From Elusimicrobiota bacterium (GTDB lineage Bacteria > Elusimicrobiota > Elusimicrobia > F11), in the NCBI GenBank assembly GCA_046153645.1, contig JBJXGI010000039.1, positions 1 through 12,897 on the forward strand: a DNA stretch of 12,897 nucleotides, written 5' to 3'. A program made the position numbers and the translations under genes. The notes below the pieces were generated by a model. The model did not search any database and was not told the DNA's origin. It saw only the letters and a list, made by a program, of their open reading frames with translations. Of this stretch, positions 1 to 8,331 are shown piece by piece (within the stretch, counting starts at the first letter, position 1; the number at the start of each line of letters is the position of its first letter).

Positions 1-105
1 AAAAAGGGAAATGTTTTTGCCTGTCAATTTCACCCGGAAAGAAGTGGGTTAAATGGTTTGAAAGTATATGCGAATTTTAAAAATACAATAGCTGAATTAA
101 ACTAG
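1..105 (+). CDS. hisH: 3' end (partial) of a class I glutamine amidotransferase, HisH-like paralog of the WbuY type found in LPS/glycan loci
   Basis: Not in the ORF track. Frame 1 translates KKGNVFACQFHPERSGLNGLKVYANFKNTIAELN* with TAG at 103-105. QFHPE carries the catalytic His and Glu of class I GATases. It lies directly upstream of an N-acetyl-sugar amidotransferase, the usual context of glycan-dedicated hisH copies. Confidence 0.9.
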   Translation, partial: KKGNVFACQFHPERSGLNGLKVYANFKNTIAELN

Positions 106-106
106 C

Positions 107-112
107 GGAGGA
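107..112 (+). promoter_or_regulatory. Shine-Dalgarno sequence for the CDS at 116
   Basis: GGAGGA just upstream of the ATG at 116. Confidence 0.75.
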
Positions 113-115
113 TTT

Positions 116-1345
116 ATGAGTGGTTCCATTGTTAATGATGCCCAAACTTTAGAAGCGAAGTATGGTCTGCCTAAAGATGTCGTTTTCTGTAAAAAATGTG
201 TGATGTCAAATCAGAGACCTTCATCATCAGTTGAATTTAAGCATGGTAAAGATAGAAAAGTGCGCTCTCTTAATATTGATCAAGAGGGGATTTGTGATGC
301 ATGTCATGTCGCGGAAGAAAAAGACAAGATTGATTGGGAAAAAAGAGAAAAAGAACTCGTTAAACTTTTAGATCAATACCGAAGCAAAGACGGTTCTTAT
401 GATTGTCTGGTTCCTGGAAGTGGCGGGAAAGATAGTTGCATGCAAGCACACTTACTTAAATATAAATACGGAATGCACCCTTTAACTTGTACGTGGACTC
501 CCATTCTTTATACCGATATTGGTTTGAAAAATTATCGCGCCTGGCTTGAAGTGGGAGGGTTCGATAACGTGACTTTTAAACCAAATGGAAAAGTTCACGC
601 AAAATTAACCAAGCTTTCCATCGAAAATATTATGCATCCTTTTCAAACGTTTATTTTAGGACAAAAAAATTTGGCTCCTAAAATTGCGATGCAGCATAAC
701 ATTAAGCTCATTTTTTACGGTGAAAACGAAGCTGAGTATGGTAATCCCATTGCCGATAATGCAGTGTCATTGAGAGATAAATCTTTTTTCTCCATGCAAA
801 ATTTAGATGAAATTGTATTGGCGGGAGTTCCTATACGTCAATTAATTGATGATCATGGATTTCAATTGAATGACTTATTGTCTTTTCTACCGGCAGACCA
901 CAAGGCGCTTAGTAATTCGGGAATCGAAGTCCATTATTTAGGTTATTACGTTAAGTGGACACCGCAAGAGTCTTATTATTATGCCGTTGAACACACCGGT
1001 TTTGAAGCCAACCCCGTTCGAACAGAAGGAACATATAGCAAATACAATAGTTTGGATGACAAAATCGATGGTTTCCATTATTACACAACTTTTATTAAGT
1101 TCGGTTTGGGGCGAGCCACATATGACGCTTCGCAAGAAATTCGTAATAAACATTTAACTCGTGAAGAAGGTGTGTCTCTTGTTAAAAGATTTGATGGTGA
1201 ATTTCCTGAAAGATATTATAAAGAAGTCATGGATTATATTGATCTTAAGCCCGAGCGATTTATGGAGTTATGTGATCAGTTTAGATCTCCGCATCTTTGG
1301 AAAAAAGAAAATGGCTCATGGAAACTTCGCCACACTGTTTATTAA
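116..1345 (+). CDS. N-acetyl sugar amidotransferase (WbuX/PseA/PtmG/WbpG family, PP-loop ATP pyrophosphatase)
   Basis: N-terminal CKKC...CDAC cysteine pairs and the PP-loop YDCLVPGSGGKDS. Also FYGENEAEYG, KFGLGRAT..ASQEIR...LTREEG..LV..FDGEFP and a C-terminal RSPHLW. Adjacent to the HisH-like gene. Confidence 0.92.
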   Translation: MSGSIVNDAQTLEAKYGLPKDVVFCKKCVMSNQRPSSSVEFKHGKDRKVRSLNIDQEGICDACHVAEEKDKIDWEKREKELVKLLDQYRSKDGSYDCLVPGSGGKDSCMQAHLLKYKYGMHPLTCTWTPILYTDIGLKNYRAWLEVGGFDNVTFKPNGKVHAKLTKLSIENIMHPFQTFILGQKNLAPKIAMQHNIKLIFYGENEAEYGNPIADNAVSLRDKSFFSMQNLDEIVLAGVPIRQLIDDHGFQLNDLLSFLPADHKALSNSGIEVHYLGYYVKWTPQESYYYAVEHTGFEANPVRTEGTYSKYNSLDDKIDGFHYYTTFIKFGLGRATYDASQEIRNKHLTREEGVSLVKRFDGEFPERYYKEVMDYIDLKPERFMELCDQFRSPHLWKKENGSWKLRHTVY

Positions 1346-1359
1346 TAAAAAGGTAATAC

Positions 1360-2448
1360 GTGTCACAATATTCTAAAAATATTTCTCGGTATTTTGTTAA
1401 GCCCACATCAACAATTCGTGATGTGATGGTGGTTATTGATAAAACTTCCGGGGGAATTGCATTGGTTATTGATGAAAATCAGTTTTTATTGGGAACAGTG
1501 ACAGATGGCGATGTCCGGCGTGCGATGTTAGCCAATATTTCTTTTGAAGAAACCATTCAGATTATTTTAGATAAAAAGAAAAAAACTATTTATTCTAAGC
1601 CTATTACCGGTATTCCCAACCAAGACAAACCCTCCTATCTCAAAATACTTAAAGAACATAATTTGATTCATTTGCCCCTTATAGATGAAAAAAACAGAGT
1701 TGTCGATCTTGTGACATTAGACGATCTTACTTCAGAAGTTGGACAGGGGATTCGCGCTGTGGTCATGGCTGGCGGAGCGGGGAAACGATTGCAGCCATTA
1801 ACATTAGATACGCCAAAACCCATGTTACAGGTGGGGGATAAGCCGCTACTTGAGATTATTCTAGATAGACTAAAACAAGCCGGTGTCAAAAAAGTAAATA
1901 TTACAACCCACTATTTAAAAGACAAAATAACAGACCATTTCCAATCCGCTATGCCAAAAGATGTTGATTTATCTTTTATTTCAGAAGAAAGTCCTATGGG
2001 AACTGCAGGGGCGCTTCGGTTTATTGAAGCGTCTGATGAAACTATTTTAGTGATGAACGGTGACATCCTTACGGATTTAGATTTTCGTGTCATGTTAAAT
2101 TATCATCGTGAAAGTAAAGCTGATTTAACTATTGCTGTTCGTCAATATGATTTTAAGGTTCCCTATGGTGTTGTTGAATGCGACGGTCATAGTGTTAAGA
2201 GTATTTCAGAAAAGCCGGTTTATAATTTCTTTGTTAATGCGGGAATTTATTTGCTTGAACCACGTGTGCTTAATTTTATTCCAAAAAATAATGAAAAATT
2301 TGATATGACAGATTTGATTTCTTGTTTAATTAACAACAAAAAACCGATTGTCAGTTTTCCTATATTGGAGCAATGGATTGATATTGGGCAACCCAATGAT
2401 TACGCGTTGGCTCAGCAATTGATTGTAGCGATGGAGAAAAAGCAATGA
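1360..2448 (+). CDS. CBS-domain nucleotidyltransferase (PtmE/LegX-like sugar-1-phosphate guanylyltransferase)
   Basis: N-terminal CBS pair (LLGTVTDGDVRRA, HLPLIDE) followed by NTP-transferase motifs VMAGGAGKRLQPLT..TPKPML, EESPMGTAG, VMNGDILT, NAGIY and WIDIG. GTG start with AAAAAGG upstream (1347-1353). Lies next to legB/legC. Confidence 0.88.
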   Translation: MSQYSKNISRYFVKPTSTIRDVMVVIDKTSGGIALVIDENQFLLGTVTDGDVRRAMLANISFEETIQIILDKKKKTIYSKPITGIPNQDKPSYLKILKEHNLIHLPLIDEKNRVVDLVTLDDLTSEVGQGIRAVVMAGGAGKRLQPLTLDTPKPMLQVGDKPLLEIILDRLKQAGVKKVNITTHYLKDKITDHFQSAMPKDVDLSFISEESPMGTAGALRFIEASDETILVMNGDILTDLDFRVMLNYHRESKADLTIAVRQYDFKVPYGVVECDGHSVKSISEKPVYNFFVNAGIYLLEPRVLNFIPKNNEKFDMTDLISCLINNKKPIVSFPILEQWIDIGQPNDYALAQQLIVAMEKKQ

Positions 2449-3428
2449 ATTATAAAGGCAAAAAAGTTTTTGTCACAGGAGCAGGAGGGTTTATTGGAAG
2501 CCATCTGACTGAGAAATTAGTTGAGGCAGGGGCTCAAGTTAAAGCTTTGGTCCATTACCGCTCTGATGGAAGTGAGGGTTGGTTGGCAAGGTCTCCCTTC
2601 CGATTGGAAATGGAAGTTTTTAAGGGGGATATTCGTGATTCTGAATCTATGGCCAAATATATTAAAAATGTAGATGTTGTATTTCATTTGGCCGCTCTTA
2701 TTGGAATTCCTTACTCATATGAAGCTCCTGAGTCATATGTTTCAACCAATGTCACAGGAACATTAAATATTTTACAAGCTGTTCGCCGTAATGAAGGGAC
2801 CCGAATGGTTCATACATCAACCAGTGAAGTTTATGGAACCGCACTTTATGTTCCTATTGATGAAAAACATCCTCTTCAAGGGCAATCTCCTTATTCCGCT
2901 ACCAAAATTGCGGCTGATAAGTTAGCTGAATCTTTTTATCTTTCATTTAACACGCCGGTTGTCACTATTCGTCCTTTTAATACTTTTGGGCCACGTCAAT
3001 CTATGCGGGCTGTTATTCCAACTATTATTAATCAAGTGTTGAAAGGAAAAGAGATCACTCTCGGTAATTTAACCCCAACAAGAGATTTGAATTACGTGGG
3101 AAACACAGTTGAAGGTTTCATGCGAGCTGGTTTAAACTCTCAGGTTATTGGAAAAACAATAAATTTAGGATCAGATAGAGAAATTTCTATTGGTGATTTA
3201 GCAAAACTCATAGCTAAACAAATGAATCTTTCATTGGTTATAAAAAAAGATCTTAAACGAATTCGACCTGTTAAAAGTGAAGTAGAACGCTTGTGGGCTT
3301 CTAATAAATTAGCAAAGAAATTATTGAAATGGGCCCCGCAGACTTCTTTAGAAGATGGATTGTTCAAAACCATTCAATGGATGGACGAAAATCAACAATA
3401 TTATAAAGCCAATGTTTATGCTGTATAA
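2445..3428 (+). CDS. legB: NAD-dependent NDP-GlcNAc 4,6-dehydratase (LegB-type extended SDR)
   Basis: VTGAGGFIGSHL Rossmann motif, FHLAALIGIPYSY (characteristic of the LegB subfamily), HTSTSEVYG, QGQSPYSATK (YxxxK), RPFNTFGPRQS.RAVIPTII and RP.KSEVERL. ATGA overlap with the upstream gene. Confidence 0.88.
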   Translation: MNYKGKKVFVTGAGGFIGSHLTEKLVEAGAQVKALVHYRSDGSEGWLARSPFRLEMEVFKGDIRDSESMAKYIKNVDVVFHLAALIGIPYSYEAPESYVSTNVTGTLNILQAVRRNEGTRMVHTSTSEVYGTALYVPIDEKHPLQGQSPYSATKIAADKLAESFYLSFNTPVVTIRPFNTFGPRQSMRAVIPTIINQVLKGKEITLGNLTPTRDLNYVGNTVEGFMRAGLNSQVIGKTINLGSDREISIGDLAKLIAKQMNLSLVIKKDLKRIRPVKSEVERLWASNKLAKKLLKWAPQTSLEDGLFKTIQWMDENQQYYKANVYAV

Positions 3429-3430
3429 AA

Positions 3431-4606
3431 ATGAACGATAAAAAAAATAAACATATCCCCTTAAGTGTTCCATTTTTGGTTGGTGATGAATCGGAAAGAG
3501 TAAAAGAGTGTTTTGATACCGGCTGGGTTTCCACTGTTGGTCCACAGGTGACTCAATTCGAAAATGAATTTTCAAAGCTTGTGAACTCTCCTTTTTCCGT
3601 GGCGATGTCGAGTGGGACAGCAGCATTGCATGTGGCGCTAAGAGCAGTGAATGTTCAATCCGGTGATTTGGTCCTTGTTTCAAATTTAACTTTTGTGGCT
3701 CCTGCTTTTGCCATTAAGTACTGTGGGGCAGATCCTATTTTTATTGACGCCAACAAAAAAGATTGGCAAATGGACGTTTCAGAGTTAAAGAACTTTTTAA
3801 AAATGGAATGCGAATTAAAAGCCAAAAGTTGTGTTCATAAAAAAACTGGGCGAACCATTCGCGCTCTTATTCCTGTTCATATTTTAGGTCTGGCCTGTGA
3901 TATAGAATCAATTGTTGAAGTTGCCCATGAATTTCATTTGGCTGTAGTTGAAGATACCGCTGAAGGATTGGGTGTCAAAGTAAATGGGAAAATGTTGGGC
4001 ACTTTTGGTGATATTGGGATATATAGCTTTAATGGAAATAAAATAATAACGGCGGGTGGAGGGGGAATGTTGGTTACTTCAGACTCTGTCAAAGCTAAAA
4101 AAGCTCGTTATTTATCAACTCAAGCCAAAGATGATGAAATTGAATATGTCCATAACGATTTAGGTTACAACTATCGTCTTAATAGTTTACAGGCGGCTTT
4201 GGGTCGCGCTCAATTATCTCATTTAGAAAAATTTATTGAAAAAAAAAGGAAGATTTCGAGAAAATACACTGAAAAGTTAAAAGTACAGCCATCGATTGGT
4301 TTAATGCCACAACAAGATAACGTTTCCACAACAGATTGGCTTTATACCGTTTTATTGCCAGATTCAATTACATTAGATCAACGAAAAAAACTTATTTTAG
4401 ATATGCGAGCCCAAGGGGTTGAGTCTCGCCCTTTATGGCATCCTCTATATTCTTTGCCTGTTTTTAAGTCACCATTTTCTTCTCGAATGCCTGTTTCTGA
4501 TGAACTTTATAGACGGGCTGTTAGTTTGCCTTCAAGTATAGGGTTAAGTAATGAAGATCAAGATATTGTCATCAATGTTTTTCTTAACTGTTTAAATTCG
4601 CTCTAA
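3431..4606 (+). CDS. legC: PLP-dependent DegT/DnrJ/EryC1/StrS sugar aminotransferase, LegC family
   Basis: IPLSVP, GWVSTVG, SSGTAALH, PVHILG, VVEDTAE, YSFNGNKIIT.GGGG (PLP lysine in the LegC-typical FNGNK), GYNYRL, RPLWHP and SLPSS. Follows legB by 2 nt. Confidence 0.9.
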   Translation: MNDKKNKHIPLSVPFLVGDESERVKECFDTGWVSTVGPQVTQFENEFSKLVNSPFSVAMSSGTAALHVALRAVNVQSGDLVLVSNLTFVAPAFAIKYCGADPIFIDANKKDWQMDVSELKNFLKMECELKAKSCVHKKTGRTIRALIPVHILGLACDIESIVEVAHEFHLAVVEDTAEGLGVKVNGKMLGTFGDIGIYSFNGNKIITAGGGGMLVTSDSVKAKKARYLSTQAKDDEIEYVHNDLGYNYRLNSLQAALGRAQLSHLEKFIEKKRKISRKYTEKLKVQPSIGLMPQQDNVSTTDWLYTVLLPDSITLDQRKKLILDMRAQGVESRPLWHPLYSLPVFKSPFSSRMPVSDELYRRAVSLPSSIGLSNEDQDIVINVFLNCLNSL

Positions 4607-4614
4607 ATGAAGTA

Positions 4615-6717
4615 ATGAAAGAAATAAACCTATTTATAGAAAAGCTTAATATACGCGTTTTTTTATTTAAGTTAATTCCTTTTCTTGTAAAAAATAATAA
4701 AAATAAAATTCAGATATTCGTTATTGATTTTAATCGTGTGGCTTGGAAAGGATTAACTTTCTTAGAACTTTTTTTTGATTTTAAAAAATCAATATTTAAC
4801 TTTAAGTTAATCGACGTGAAAGATGAAAACAATCTTTTATTGAGGCTCAGAATTGCATTTAAAGATATTTTTGATCTTCAGGAGCGTATTGTATCTCAGC
4901 CAATATATCAAACCTTTTTACAGTCAACGCCATCTCATCTTCGATTGTTTGATTACCTAAAAAAAACCTTCGCTAATATTTCAATTATTTTTCCCGATAC
5001 TATTGGACGGGATATGTTTTTAATTCAACTTGCTCTCTGGAAAAATAAACAAATAAATGCGTCGGCAAAATGCGTGCTAATTCTCGGTTTGAATTCTTGG
5101 TCTGAGCCTTTGAAACGGTATGCTAATGAAAATCAAGTGGAGATTTGCATCATTAAACCGTTCTTGCCTTTCCCATTGGTTCCTTATTTTATATCCGATA
5201 TTCTGGTCGGGGTTATGGGATTATTAAAGAATCGAAAAGACTCTTTTAAAGATTTTCCTTATTTTTTTCAAGCATTAAAATCGCTCTTTATTAGAAATAA
5301 TATTTCACCAGAAACTATTCCCAAAGTCGGAATTGAGTATTATGGGCACCTAAATCCGAATCGGTTAGAGTTATATTCTGACGTTTCTTCGTGGCAGTTT
5401 TCTAGGTCTTTTAAAAATCACACGAAGTTATTTTTTGGACTTCCGCATTCTCCCTATGATGAAAATAAGAAATATGAAATGGACTCTGTTAATTTGAAGG
5501 CTGTTGTATTAAGAATTGATTCCAGTAAGTTATTAGATGTTCCTGTCTATAATTTACGTCAATATATCCCGCGACTTCAATTTTCATTTAAAAATCTTTT
5601 TTCGAATGAATGGCAAGATTTAAAAAATAAAGAGAAAACCTATTTTAAAGCTTTTCAATCATGGAAAAAGATTTTTAAAGATCAAGGAATCAAAATTTAT
5701 TTAACCTGGTATAAATATGATCAATCGCATATAGCTATTGCCGATGCCATTCATGTTAATGATGGAATTTGCGCTCTATATCAAAGAGCCTATGATGCGG
5801 TTGCCTCTACTGAAATGACGATTTTTTCAGATGTTTTTTTTGGTTTTTCTAAAAATTCCGCACTACTCGAAGCCAATTGTGGTTCCAATATAACTAAATA
5901 TATCGTTACGGGATATTTAGGTGATCATCGTTTTGAGCTTTTAAAACCAATGGCTCAAGATATTCGATCTAAGTTGGTTAAAAACGGGGCCAAAAAAATA
6001 TTTTGTTTTTTTGATGAAGGTTCCGCCAATGATTCTCGTTGGCATACGGGGCATGAATTACAAAGAGATGGTTATGAATTTTGTCTTAATCTCATTTTTG
6101 ATAATCCTGAATTTGGCGTTATTTTTAAACCTAAAATTCCCAAATCTTTAAGAGCCCGATTAGGGTCTGTTGCTGAATTATTAAAAAAAGCTGAGGAAAC
6201 AGGCCGATGTATTGTTTTGGGAGTGGGAGAGCTTTCCAACTCTTATCCGCCAGCTTTAGCTGCGTTGGCATCGGATTTTGTGATTCATAGTTGTGTTGCA
6301 GCGACCACAGCCGGCTTAGAGGCGGCGTTGGCTGGAAAGCCAACTATTTTAATTGACCGCGAAGGTTGGTCTATTAGTCCGATGTATAGACTTGGTGTTG
6401 GGAAGGTTGTTTTCACCGAATGGAAAAGTGTATTAAAGGGCATTCAAAATTTTTATAAAGGTGATAAAGAGTTTGGTAATTGGGATAAATTTATTGCCGA
6501 GTTTGATCCCTTTCGGGATGGTAAGGCGTCTTATCGAATGGCAGAATTTCTAGATAATGTTTATGATCAGTTTAAAGCCGGTTTTTCAAAAGATGAAAGT
6601 TTGTCTTTTGCCGCCCAAAAATATGGTGAAAAATGGGGTTTTGAAAATGTCTTGAAAATTGAAAATGGAAAAGCTATTTCAATGAAAGAGCTGGATTTGG
6701 TCCAATCTAAAAAATGA
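4615..6717 (+). CDS. Large hypothetical surface-carbohydrate protein; C-terminal half resembles a GT-B nucleotide-binding domain (putative glycosyl/nonulosonyl transferase)
   Basis: 700-aa ORF in operon geometry. The C-terminal pattern IVTGY...IFCFFDE...VIFKPK...SDFVI....TTAGLEAALAGKPTILID...DPFRDGKASYRM follows the order of elements in GT-B C-domains. The ORF is secure, but the function is inferred. Confidence 0.6.
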   Translation: MKEINLFIEKLNIRVFLFKLIPFLVKNNKNKIQIFVIDFNRVAWKGLTFLELFFDFKKSIFNFKLIDVKDENNLLLRLRIAFKDIFDLQERIVSQPIYQTFLQSTPSHLRLFDYLKKTFANISIIFPDTIGRDMFLIQLALWKNKQINASAKCVLILGLNSWSEPLKRYANENQVEICIIKPFLPFPLVPYFISDILVGVMGLLKNRKDSFKDFPYFFQALKSLFIRNNISPETIPKVGIEYYGHLNPNRLELYSDVSSWQFSRSFKNHTKLFFGLPHSPYDENKKYEMDSVNLKAVVLRIDSSKLLDVPVYNLRQYIPRLQFSFKNLFSNEWQDLKNKEKTYFKAFQSWKKIFKDQGIKIYLTWYKYDQSHIAIADAIHVNDGICALYQRAYDAVASTEMTIFSDVFFGFSKNSALLEANCGSNITKYIVTGYLGDHRFELLKPMAQDIRSKLVKNGAKKIFCFFDEGSANDSRWHTGHELQRDGYEFCLNLIFDNPEFGVIFKPKIPKSLRARLGSVAELLKKAEETGRCIVLGVGELSNSYPPALAALASDFVIHSCVAATTAGLEAALAGKPTILIDREGWSISPMYRLGVGKVVFTEWKSVLKGIQNFYKGDKEFGNWDKFIAEFDPFRDGKASYRMAEFLDNVYDQFKAGFSKDESLSFAAQKYGEKWGFENVLKIENGKAISMKELDLVQSKK

Positions 6718-8300
6718 GATTGGAAAAATCTAGCACATGGCCAGCGAATTACTGGAAAATTTCTGAAGTTATATTTGAAATTTCTAAAAAGTTTAGATCA
6801 CGCTATTTACTTTCCACTTCATTTCTACACCCGAGACATTCTATTCCCGTAGAACATCTTGAAATTCTTGCCTTTTTAAAAGACCCTCATAAAAAAATAA
6901 TTTCTAACTTCTCGTTTATTAAAGCATTGCTAGTACTAATTCTCAATTCGATGTTGGATTTTATTTTCGTCATTTTTTTGAAGATTCGTTTCTGGCGCAG
7001 TTTTTGTCAATGCAGTCAAACTTATCAAGTGATTGTTAAAACTTGGGTTCCTCATCCTGATAGTTTGAAGTCAGAATCTGATTTTTATTTTGGGAATTTT
7101 CTAAATAACTTAAATCTAAATAAAAAAAAATCTGTTTTCTTGGCTGGTGATGCTCGCCCTAACCCCCCAACTTTAAAGGGAATTTTTAACTATTTTTCTC
7201 GCAATTGGGAATTTATTTTAGAGTCTTCTGATCTGAGATTTAAAAAGTATATTCCAGAAAAACTACTGGTTCCCGTGTGGGCGCCCATCGTTGATGTTTT
7301 TGGATTAATGTTTGCTGGCATTAAATTTTTTTGTTTGTCTATTTTGGATAAAGACCCGTTAATGAAGATAATCTTAAAGCAGTTGTCTCTTTCCTGTCTT
7401 AAGGTTTCTACTTTTCGTAATGCGCAATATTTTTGGATTGGAATGAATGTTTCAAAGAAGTTTAAAGTTTCTTCATTGGTAACACTGTTTGAAGGTCAAC
7501 CTTGGGAAAAGATTATTTGGTTGGGAGCAAAAAGTGAAAATTCTCATCTCATGATTTCTGGTTACCAACATACAGTTGTCATGTCGCATGCTTTCGCGCT
7601 CTTAAAGCCCATTGAAAACGCTTGGTTTGTCAGTGTCCCAGACTTGGTTATGTGCACGGGGCCATCTACTGTTTTATCTATGCAAGATGGCTTTAACTTA
7701 CAGAAAGTTAAATTTATTTCATATGGAACTCATCGGAGAGGAAAAGAAAAAGATGCCTTAGTTTTTCCTCGGCCTCAAGCAGAAGTTGTTTTGGTTTTGC
7801 CAGAGGGAATTTTATCTGAGGCCATAGAATTGTTTAATCTTTCGATAAGTTTGGCTAAAAAAAATCCCAATTTAAGGTTTATTTTTCGGTGTCATCCTGT
7901 TCTTCCTTTCGATAAAGTTCAGCCATTTTTAACGCAGAGAATTTCTGATATCTCTCAAATTGAATTATCCAAAACACCTGTTATCAAAGATGATTTTTTA
8001 AGAGCTTCATTGTTGCTTTATAGGGGTTCTTCTTCAGCACTCTATTCAGTGCTTTATGGGTTAAAACCCATTTGTACTATTCACAAGGGTGAGCCAAATA
8101 TTGATCCCATGTCGTCGCTTCGGGTGTGGAGAGAATATGCGTCAAATGAATCTGAAGTTTTAAAAATTATCGAAAATTTTAAGAATTCCAATTCTCTGGA
8201 ATTAAATCACAACTGGCAAGAGGCGGCGCAATTTGTGGATAATTATTTTTGTCCCGTCTCAGATGAATCCTTTAAAAAAGTTTTTGATAATTTGATATGA
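6714..8300 (+). CDS. Hypothetical protein, putative GT-B glycosyltransferase (sialyltransferase/ulosonate-transferase-like HP motif)
   Basis: 528-aa ORF with ATGA overlap. Motifs LVTLFEGQPWE, SGYQH, PDLVMCTG, VLVLPEG, FIFRCHP and LLYRGSSSALYSVLYGLKPI. The RxHP followed by SS..L....G.KPI pattern is like that of CMP-ulosonate-using GT-B enzymes. Function is inferred. Confidence 0.6.
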   Translation: MRLEKSSTWPANYWKISEVIFEISKKFRSRYLLSTSFLHPRHSIPVEHLEILAFLKDPHKKIISNFSFIKALLVLILNSMLDFIFVIFLKIRFWRSFCQCSQTYQVIVKTWVPHPDSLKSESDFYFGNFLNNLNLNKKKSVFLAGDARPNPPTLKGIFNYFSRNWEFILESSDLRFKKYIPEKLLVPVWAPIVDVFGLMFAGIKFFCLSILDKDPLMKIILKQLSLSCLKVSTFRNAQYFWIGMNVSKKFKVSSLVTLFEGQPWEKIIWLGAKSENSHLMISGYQHTVVMSHAFALLKPIENAWFVSVPDLVMCTGPSTVLSMQDGFNLQKVKFISYGTHRRGKEKDALVFPRPQAEVVLVLPEGILSEAIELFNLSISLAKKNPNLRFIFRCHPVLPFDKVQPFLTQRISDISQIELSKTPVIKDDFLRASLLLYRGSSSALYSVLYGLKPICTIHKGEPNIDPMSSLRVWREYASNESEVLKIIENFKNSNSLELNHNWQEAAQFVDNYFCPVSDESFKKVFDNLI

Positions 8301-8321
8301 TTTTGAAGGGTTTTCGTTCTT

Positions 8322-8327
8322 AGGAGA
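8322..8327 (+). promoter_or_regulatory. Shine-Dalgarno sequence for the CDS at 8332
   Basis: AGGAGA ending 4 nt before the TTG start at 8332. Confidence 0.7.
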
Positions 8328-8331
8328 ACAA

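Noticed and set aside
1..105. Histidine biosynthesis operon
   Set aside because: No other his gene follows. The context fits a glycan-locus HisH paralog.
1161..1376. 71-aa + strand ORF
   Set aside because: Out-of-frame overlap with the conserved C-terminus of the amidotransferase. No motif and no clear SD.
4615..6717. Calling the 700-aa ORF LegG/NeuC hydrolysing 2-epimerase because of DGKASYRM
   Set aside because: It is far longer than NeuC and lacks the N-terminal GTR, GDR and HxEAG/HxxGGE motifs. The match reflects a shared GT-B terminal helix at most.
7122..7130. Homopolymer tracts as phase-variation switches (A9 at 7122-7130 and 4239-4247, A8 at 4959-4966, G6 at 8731-8736 and 10740-10745)
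   Set aside because: The A-runs are expected from Lys codons in AT-rich DNA, the G-runs are short and explained by Gly codons, and all frames are intact. Only read-level length variation would support switching.
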